DNA of 64,000 nucleotides, taken from contig JAQGDQ010000217.1 of assembly GCA_030141605.1 (NCBI GenBank), forward strand, positions 309,383 to 373,382. Reading direction: 5' to 3'. The notes below the pieces were generated by a model. It ran no database searches and had not been told where the DNA came from. It worked only from the letters and a program-made list of their open reading frames with translations. How positions within the stretch are numbered: the first letter of the stretch is position 1; every line of letters starts with the position of its first letter. Both the position numbers and the translations under genes were made by a program. Positions 55,301 through 64,000 of the stretch are shown here, piece after piece. The DNA is from Tubiluchus corallicola. Its lineage: Eukaryota > Animalia > Priapulida.

Positions 55301-57771
55301 AGAACATAGATATCTGATGCCAGATGCTTTGTTGTTAACACTGGACACTGTATGCTTGAACCAAGCAGCCAGACTCTGGATGCTGGGCACTTTGGTGTAT
55401 CATGGGCTTAACATTTTGCTTTTACTGAGTGATATTGCAGGTTCCACCCAATGAAAACAAGCTTTAATTTTATGATTTATGTTGATTTACATATTGGTTT
55501 TTATGTTTTATCTTAACATACTGCTAGTAACTTGCTCCCAACCATAGATCACACTGCTTTCTGTTTTACAAACAGCACGAGTGAAGATAAGAACAAAAAG
55601 TAAACTTATGCACTGCAGCCATCGAATCAGTAACTCACCATGTTTAAAGACCTCACCAAATCAGAATTGTCAGAGTTGGACTCAAATTTGTTTTTACATT
55701 CTCTGCCTAACCAGCCTGGTTTACTGGTCGAGTGCTGAAACGAGGTTGGGAAGTGAATTAGTAGGCCTAATAAGTGATAAGAGCAAATAACTTTCGATAT
55801 TTGACTTAAAATTGACAGTACAGTAGTTGCATAGATGTTTATCTTTCTCTCTTTTGTGATAGTAATTATGGCAGTGATGATGCATTTTTAAAATAGTAAC
55901 AATCATTTGAAGGTGTCTTGAAAGCTCTGCCATTTTTGCAGTAGGTGTAATGAACTTTTTAGTCAGTTAATGATGATCATAAATCACTGTAGTAATAACA
56001 TTTCTGGTGCTAAGTATAATCTGAGTAATTTGTTTTTACAGTGGCTTTATTCATACTAAGCTTTAGTCACTTATTACAGCTGCCTCGATTGTATGGTGTT
56101 TTTCTTTCACAGGCAAACTTGATTTGTTATCAACAGCAGTAATGGACTTCAAGAAGGCAGTTTCTGGCTTTCAGGAGCATGTGGCACATGTGAACAGGAA
56201 AGAGTAAGTAGATTATACAACAGTAAATAAATGCATGTCTCCTATAGATGTAAATTCAAAAAATTAATCATTAGTTTAAACAATATTTTTATTTGATAAG
56301 AAGCATTACAGTCATAAGTACTTTTATAGTGAAATAAAGAATGGGCTATTAATCAAATGCTGATTGGCTAACAGGTATAACCTATATAAAAGTCTTTAAG
56401 TGAGTAGGTACGCCATTTATAGGTTTAATAGGCACACAATTGCAAGAACTGTTAATTATGCATTAAGTAAGAGCGAGATTGAGAAAGTTATGCAACTTGT
56501 TTTTTGAATAGCGGGTGTGCAAAAAGGTAGCACAAGTTAGTTGTGATGTGTTTGATGTTGATGTTAAGCTACAAAAATAGAATGAGTGATAATGAAGCTA
56601 ATGAAAGAAAGACGAAAGTGTTGGGGTCACGGGAATGCATAAGTATAAATAATTTGCACTGTAAGGTAGAATTCACAGATTTTAATGTACTATAGATTTA
56701 GTTTTATTAATTAAAGTGCCCACTTTGTATAATAAATGAAATGACAGCAGATACTATAGCATTATTAGAATCAGGCGAAAGTGAGATATCACCACATAGT
56801 AGTATTTGGATATTGTTCCGAGTGAGTTCATTTACAGGATAGATATACTGGATACAGATGTGTCGGTAAAGTGGACAGTGCATAAGAAAATGGTTGGGAT
56901 CTTCATAAGGAGCACTGTGGAGAAGGGGCAATGAAGTTTGAATACATGTGTGTTTTTAGTAAACTGCAATTCTTTCTCAACCATGCAAAATTAAGCATTG
57001 TTGTCACATTTAGTGGTATCATTGTCATTGTAGTTACTAAATTCAAAGAAAACATTAACTATTTTCATTAGCCCATTAGCAGTGCGCAGAATCAATGATC
57101 AGATGATGAAGATGGAACGGGCATTTACAGATCCACTTGGTATTCCTGGCAGACAGACGACAAGGCAAGTTTTATTTACTTTTGTACTCTTAGCCAGTTC
57201 ACACCAAAAACGGTTACCCACAATTTGGCCAAAAATTTAACTTGACCTCAGAAGTAACATTTTATAGTCTATTCACACTGATCATAGTCACCCGGTCATG
57301 CTGTCAGTTTGCTGAGATTGTTTGACTTTAAGTGGTTAAAAAGGGCAGACTTCGTACTCAGGATGTTTATAAGAATGCTGTCAGAATTAATTTGCATCTG
57401 GATTTTTGTCATTTCCTTTTTTATCTAGAAAGTGAACTTAAATTAAGAAAAATCCTTAGTGAAATATTTATGGACCAAACATCAATTCAGAAACTTAATT
57501 AACAGTGATAAAAATGAAATTTCAGTCCAAATTTTTAGTCTTTTTAGGGTTTTTTTTCTGCAGGCACCTGATATATGCACCAAGTGCTCATGACACCTAC
57601 TCTGGCTCACGCTTTCCGGGCGTCGTCGATCTCCTTTACGAAATTGCAAATGCCAGTGACCAGGACACGGTTGAAAAATTAAGAACAGACCTGGGCAAAT
57701 ATGTAGCATCTGTTATACACAGTATACAGTCTGCTGCTCATATGTTGCACGATAATGCTGATATCCTATAG
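40320..57771 (+). CDS. M28B glutamate carboxypeptidase II/NAALADase-like protein, paralog C (about 756 aa, intact catalytic motif)
   Basis: 18 coding exons: 40320-40525, 44211-44370, 44717-44848, 45662-45938, 46643-46684, 47578-47668, 48953-49039, 49401-49486, 50084-50286, 51318-51381, 51815-51882, 52339-52451, 53425-53515, 54084-54176, 54689-54854, 56113-56203, 57072-57164, 57564-57771 (sum 2271 nt). TM anchor, [63 protein letters not shown]...FPG. The last intron is GC-AG. Confidence 0.95.
41140..42600. mobile_element. Probable decayed TIR element in intron 1 of gene C
   Basis: AAGATGGC/AAAATGGC motifs at 41150-41340 are mirrored by GCCATCTTGAA motifs at 42405-42570. CTAAATATAGGTTTTC is mirrored by GAAGACGTATATTTAG. 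Confidence 0.4.
51425..51700. mobile_element. hAT-type MITE with 8-bp target site duplication
   Basis: Flanked by CTGGCACA at 51417-51424 and 51701-51708. Termini CAGAGCCGG / CCGACCCTG form an imperfect TIR (consensus CAGGGCCGG), with internal repeated GTGCAGGGCCC. Confidence 0.85.
56707..56931 (-). mobile_element. 3' end of non-LTR (CR1/L2-group) ORF2 in an intron of gene C
   Basis: [13 protein letters not shown]...[31 protein letters not shown] matches the ExxxHFLxxCPxY...LLxG...N...V..FI....RF tail typical of these elements. Confidence 0.75.
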
Positions 57772-58066
57772 ATGTAAGCCAGTATTTTTGTAACGATCAT
57801 AAATCTTGTTGTTGTACTGCCTTGTAGTTTCAATATTTATTCTGATAAAAAAACAAAAGCTCCTTGTCCTAAGATATAGTGGTTTTGATGCCTTGATAAC
57901 ATTTTTGATATCACGAGATCCTAAAGTTTTTTTGATTAAAAATTAATCCTAGCAGTTTTAGATAATTTTTATTAGTAAAGCAAAATCATGTGGCTTCCAT
58001 AAGGTTCTTCTTACTTTTGTAAGTGTAATTATGTAAATCAGTATTAACCCTACTAGCATCATGTTT

Positions 58067-58072
58067 AATAAA
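58067..58072 (+). promoter_or_regulatory. Candidate polyadenylation signal of gene C
   Basis: AATAAA about 300 nt after the TAG stop, followed by a T-rich tract. Confidence 0.45.
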
Positions 58073-58569
58073 GATGTATTTTTAAGAGTTATTAAATTTG
58101 TTATTTATTTTGTATTTACGACGTGTTAAGCTCAAATGCTTCTAAACCTCTATTGATTCCAAAAAAGTGAAGTTTCTTTGTTTTATACATAATGACTAAC
58201 AAAATTATCTGTAATGCAAAAGACCTGTGTTCAAATCTTAGAGGAAGAACAAAACTTTTCAGATTCTCTTTTATAGTTAGTTGATAGTTATTTATTGCAT
58301 GTTTTTATTGAAATGTTATGTGCCCAATTTGATAAGAATCGGTTGCTACCTAAAGAAACCACAAAATTACTAAAATTAAATGTATATTACTAGGTAATAA
58401 ACTTGACAAATTTGAATGTGAATACATTTGCTGTATTATAGTAACATTTGGAGCATGACAATAGTCACTTTCAACTTAATTAAAACTTTAGCTGCTTTTT
58501 AGCATCATGTAAAATTTCGGTCCACTTCCTTGGGAGCAAATAATTCTTGATAAGTATGTTGGGTCCATT

Positions 58570-59126
58570 TTAATAAGCACTGGGAAAATGTAGCGCTCGA
58601 CATACTTTTATCCCAGTTCTCGTAACATAGCACTTGGCAAAAATGAACCAACCAAAAACTATTCCTGCAATAACCACAGTGCCAACAGTTATACCCATTA
58701 CCCAGAGATTCAAATAAAATGCGCCCTCTGATGCGTCATTCGCTGCCTTTCTATTACCTCTGCGTTTTTCTTCCAGAACCTAAAGCAAAGAAAGCATACT
58801 TATTGGATTTTTGTAGCTTTATAACGTAATTAAGCTTAATCAACAAAGATATAGGTCAAAACATTGTTTATGTCTATGCAGCAACAATGGCTATCAGATA
58901 CAGTTGTTTATCTGACAGTCCATGCAAGTTGTGACAATGTACACTACCAAAACTAACTTTTCTTTGATGTCTTAGCTAATGTCCTCTGTATGAGGGTATT
59001 CTATTCTTATCAATTTTTAACCCTGTATTCATAATCACAGTACTCTAGCAAGGAAATTTCCATAAAACGAAACAAAACCGCAGCACTGCGTTGCTGTTTT
59101 ATGTGCTTTACAGTCATCTATGAGAA

Positions 59127-59216
<90 letters not shown>

Positions 59217-62200
59217 TTCTCATAGATGACTGTAATGCACATAAAACAGCAACTTTATTATTATTATTATTATTATAGAATTATTATTTTGTATTGTGTC
59301 AAAATCTATAGACAACATGACACAATATTCAAAGATGCTTCACAAAAGCATCTAAAATCATCATATAGTATTTTTTAATCGATATCTGAAATAAAATAAA
59401 ATAAAATCAGGAAGCGTTTTATAAGTTTAAGTAACGAAAGGAGTCAGTGAACGTTTGGCATATATGCATTTAATGCCTATATACACTGATACATTTCAAT
59501 GTTTTGTTACACAGCGTTTTTGTGTGCAATAATTACCTAGATCCACCTATAAATATTGGTCTTTCTCTCTCCCACCTTTTCTCAGGAACTATCACATTTT
59601 GCATAGACATAGGAGTTATTAATTATTTATGTGCACTTATTTTCAGATCGTTGTCCAGCGTATGCGAGTGTGCGAGAGAAGTTTATACTTTGTACTTGCA
59701 TTAATTTAATTTTTTCAAAGCGTTATTTCAGGGGCACATTCAAGGGCGTATTTAAGAATGCTCTCAGAACATAATGTATACATTATGAAAACATTCGATT
59801 CACAATATTCAGTGAGTGTGCAGCAGGGAATGTTTTCAGAACATTATGGGAACGTTATCTTCATAGAATATTGTACTAATATCTTTTTTTGGTGCACATA
59901 AAAGTTTTATTTAGTTATGTCAGACAGGCTGATGTTTAAAAAGTTTCAAGTACACAAGAGCGAAAGTTAGACAAAAAGTCTTGTTCATGCAAAATTATAG
60001 GAAGCACTGGTAACTTTCCGGGAACATTTACAAAAGGTTTCAACGAAGTAAACAAAGAGTGAACGTATCGCTAATATTTACCAGCATGTTTTGTGTTTCC
60101 TGGAGAGAACTTTGCATATACAAAAATTGCTTAGATTTTTGACGTTGACGAAATGTTGCCACAGTGGTGGCATCGGTTAATTGAAATGCAGTTACTACGT
60201 AACCGGCCTGTCATTAGCTTCATCACTACTTTTTATAAATGACCGGCAATCCCCACCAAGAACAAAAGTGTTTCAAAGTTTCGAGTGCTGGTTTGGGGTT
60301 ATTTCTTAGTTCTTAGTTCAACTTGAGAAATAGCCGATAGACTGTCAAGTTCGAATCGAACTTCTGGCAGAAGGACTCGCTGAACTCAAAATCGTGGTTC
60401 AGAAAGTGATATCATGCCGGGAACTTGAATTAAAGATAGCAAATGGGAAATCCGAATCAGTCGATTAATGCTGAATTTGTTGTGATGTATTTCTGTAAAG
60501 TTTCATGCCGATCAGCTGCGAATTGGCGCTTTTTTGGAAATTGACGTTGTCACCGCCATCTTGAAATCATCTTGATGCGGGATTTGTTCGAGTATAAACC
60601 TATAAAGCTTCCTGACAAGCTTCCCTGCTACGAATTGCGGAGCTTTGCGATTTTTTGAAATCGACGCTATCGCCGCCACTTTGAATTCAAAATTGCGGGT
60701 CAAAAATCCGACTCGTCAGTCGATGCGAAATTTTTTCCGTTATATATTTCTGCAAAGTTTCCTGATGATGCATTGCGAATCGGCGGAGCCTTAGGTATTT
60801 TCAAAAAATGACATTTTTGCTATAGCCTTGAATTCAAAACGGGGAATCAACACTCCAATTCCGTCGATTGATGCGGAATGCGTTCTAGTATATTCGCAAA
60901 AGTTTCGTGAAGATCTATTACAAAGTGGCAGAGCATGGAGCTTTTCTATAAGTAATTTTATTGTCGCCATCTTGCATTAAAGATGCCAGATAGGAAATCT
61001 ACGAGTTGGTACAGAATTCGTTATAGTATACACGGGTTAAGTTTTGTGATGGTCTATTGCTGTCTATCCATGGAGCCTTAGCGTTTTTCAAAAAGGCTCC
61101 CCCTAAAAACAACAAGAACAACATCCAGACGAATAGCTATTTAAATCGAGCCTCGACTATAGACCTCACGCGGTAATAAGCGACCTATACAGCCTTGTAT
61201 CATCAATTGTCATTGATGTCATACTGCATTGTCATTGGTCATTGGGGCAGACTTCTTAGAAAAACTTTTTTATATGATATACGATATTTTATGTGATCCA
61301 TTTAGCTATCGGCCAGGGTTAAGCTAGAGATCAGCTTTTCTCTTTAATACCTTGCATTGTTTTAGCAGCATGTACTTGATCAAAAATACCTTACATTTTT
61401 GTTAACCGATGGCGCCGTGTACGCGATGATATTTATTCTGGCCATATTTATTTAGTTTACAATGTGCGGTCAGCTTACGTTCTAGTAATAATGTCTTACT
61501 TTGCATGACAAAACGATTGCTCCTATGCTGAGCGGGAGCAAGCAAATTGAGCAGAACAGTGTGACGATCGACAAACAAATCGACAAACCAAGCCATGATT
61601 GAGGATCCATTTCTTGTTTTACTTCAGCTTTTCTGGGCTGAAATGTTAACAAATCCATTGATTATTAAATATACTTCCTTAAAAAGAAATAAGAAATTCA
61701 GGAAAGGTGTTATAATAAAAAAGAAAACTTACACAAAAATATATGCAACACAGAATACAGCTTAGAAAACTTCGAATTGATACAAAAATACTCATGTATT
61801 ATGTTTTCCCCAAAATAAGGGACGAGGTAGCTATAACATTCCGTATGTCGTCTCCTCGATCTTAAGATCCTGTTGTCACTCACTACCACTGCATTCTGTG
61901 AAGAGATGAGTGATGACGAAATGAATAATAGACATACACACAAATATGTAATTCCATTTACCTGTTTAGTTATTGCCGGTTTTCGATAAACTTCTTTTGC
62001 TGCTTTTGGTTCGGGTGGATTTTCTGCAAATGTAAAAAACTGCTATACATGATTCATATTACGTCGCATAGTAGTATTAGTTGATGGCATTCTTGCGTTC
62101 ATACTAGGCTCTTGCTAGTTCCAAAATGTTGAGTCTTTTGGTAATGTTTTATTGTTAAAATAATACGAAACTAAAATGGATCCATTCAACATCACCATAA

Positions 62201-63047
62201 ATTATTAGGCCTGTAATTTTGGCGAGTACAACATTTCATAAAATATAACAATAGCTATAATATCAGCACTTGTGTGACTTGTGTGTCATGCTTGACGTAT
62301 CATTATCATTTTATCTTTCTTATAAATTAATAGTATGCCGGCCTAGCACTTATAATTTATTATTGTAAGCAAGTTGCAACACGACTAGTGACTTGTGGCT
62401 AAATGACCTAAATGGCTGCATGGAGCAAGTTTGGCGGTCAAAATTGGGCTTTGTTAAAACATGTCGTGTTAAAATGTGGGGTTCTAACCCTGAACGGAGA
62501 CTCACTTACTTATACTTTTTTGTATCTGCTGAGGTATTTCCCTCCTGCTTAGGCTGTAATTATGTACAGTTCTTGAGAACCAGAGGTCTTACATTAAATA
62601 CATGTATAAAGAAATAGCAAGACTTTTAAGTAAAAAAGGTATGAAAATTTACAAGCATGTGTTACCGTAGCGAGCTGGTGGTGGAATAAAAGCTGCTGGT
62701 ACGCCATCAGGTTGACCGCCTCTACGATTTTGTCCATCAGCTGCCGCCCCATAATAATTCCCATAATGGGATGGTTGATGGTGAGACATGGTTTGTACCA
62801 CAATGGGTGTTGGGGTATAGCGGGTACCATATTGGGGCGCGACAGTAACTGGTTGATTAGTGCGAGAATGGAGAACGGAGCGTGAGTTTAGCGTTGCGTT
62901 TTGTTCGTCGTTTGGCTCAAGTGGGGGCGCACTGGGTTGACGTTGTGGAATCTCGCTCCCATCAGCGAAGGTTTCACCAGGTAGCTTAAGATGACCTGTA
63001 GATGGCTGCTTTAGACGATGTATTTCTGTATAAAAATTTAGGTTCAT
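58570..63047 (-). CDS. CD225/dispanin family membrane protein (PRRT1/TRARG1/IFITM-like) with Pro-rich N-terminus
   Basis: Exons 63047-62666, 62023-61962, 61637-61500 and 58779-58570 join in frame with GT-AG sites. A Pro/Gln/Tyr-rich N-terminus is followed by PQSWLGLSICLSIVTLFCSICLLPLSIGAIVLSCK|VLEEKRRGNRKAANDASEGAFYLNLWVMGITVGTVVIAGIVFGWFIF, the CD225 hydrophobic-loop-TM pattern. The start codon is less certain because a CAG acceptor lies 2 nt upstream of the ATG. Confidence 0.85.
59129..59213. repeat. (AAT)n(ATT)n self-complementary microsatellite
   Basis: Directly visible. Confidence 0.95.
60190..61180 (-). mobile_element. Helentron/HINE-like non-autonomous element with internal ~145-bp tandem repeats (last intron of the CD225 gene)
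   Basis: AAAGTTTC...GCC(A/T)TCTTG units recur at about 60496, 60604, 60752, 60898 and 61038. There is a short (AAC/AAG) microsatellite near 61110 and a CGCGGTAATAA terminus. Confidence 0.5.
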
Positions 63048-64000
63048 AGCTGCAAATCACATGATTTCACACAAAACCTTCTTCCATCCTAGCAATCTTA
63101 ATTCTTGTTACTTAATTAGTTTAATAGGCTGGAAACACAGCTAAGACAACCTAATTAAACATGAATGAGGTCGGTAAATTCCTTGGATACGTCTTATTAA
63201 TTATCTACAATGGATGAAATCTTTCTTGCGTAGTACATACATAAACAATTAGCAACAGGCGGGCTAATTTGTATGGCATCTATAAAATCAGTTTGATTTT
63301 CAAATAGTAACATTGAGAACAATTAAACATAGTTCAAAATAAAAATTTTAGTGTCCTGAGATATTAAATTTAGGCGCTTATTTACTGACAAAGTCTTTAA
63401 AAAAGCCAAAGAGGTCTATCGTGATAAGCTAAAGATAATGGTTTTAACGTACAAGTGAAACAGGGTGTAACAAACACAAAACTCTTACCCGCAGTAGCTT
63501 ACTGATGCAATTGAAAAAGTGTTCCCGGTTTTATACGTTGCTTTACTTAAGCACTTGTATGTCACAGTGGAGAAACTTCGGATACTTCATATCCGAACTT
63601 CTCCTAATCTGTCTAATAAAAACAAGTGTTCCCAATAATTTTATTAAAACGTATTGTTTGAAAACTGATTTAAGGTTCATTAATAGTACTGATATATTAT
63701 TCAATATTCAATATTAGTTTGTATAGACTACATAGATAACTAAAGTCACCGTGCGTATTTGAGTCTTTCTGTGTGGAGTGAAAAATGGGTAATGCACTAT
63801 TGTCTACATAACCATGACAACCAAAACAGCAGCTTCGCAGACGAAAGCAAGCTTGGCTAGTTAGTCAATGTGTGAGTGGAGTTCGCAAAGAGGAAACATA
63901 AATTAAATATCATGCAATTTGTGAGTCAAAGACACCTTTAATTTGCGTGTTTATTTACTGAAAACAGAAAAAGTTCTAAGTCGGGATTTGAACTTCAGAC

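Overview
AT-rich, intron-dense animal (invertebrate-type) genomic DNA. Most of the window is a cluster of three paralogous M28B (glutamate carboxypeptidase II / NAALADase / PSMA-like) type II membrane peptidase genes. Gene A (minus strand, 17795 to below 703, last exon outside the window) and gene B (minus, 33097-19444) are in tandem. Gene C (plus, 40320-57771) is head-to-head with B. I reconstructed all exons by eye, and internal exon lengths match between paralogs. A 4-exon CD225/dispanin (PRRT1/IFITM-like) gene lies convergent to gene C (minus, 63047-58570). Introns carry a BEL/Pao integrase remnant, LINE tails, a hAT MITE with an 8-bp TSD, foldback and Helentron-like elements, twin tRNA-like elements and microsatellites. 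The main finding is that gene A has an intact reading frame and all five zinc ligands, yet the catalytic Glu is replaced by Lys and several substrate-contact residues are also changed, making it a candidate pseudo-peptidase. Also notable are five GC-AG introns among 53 donors and a precise intron absence in gene C. Human GCPII residue numbers are from recall and by-eye alignment; no database searches were run.
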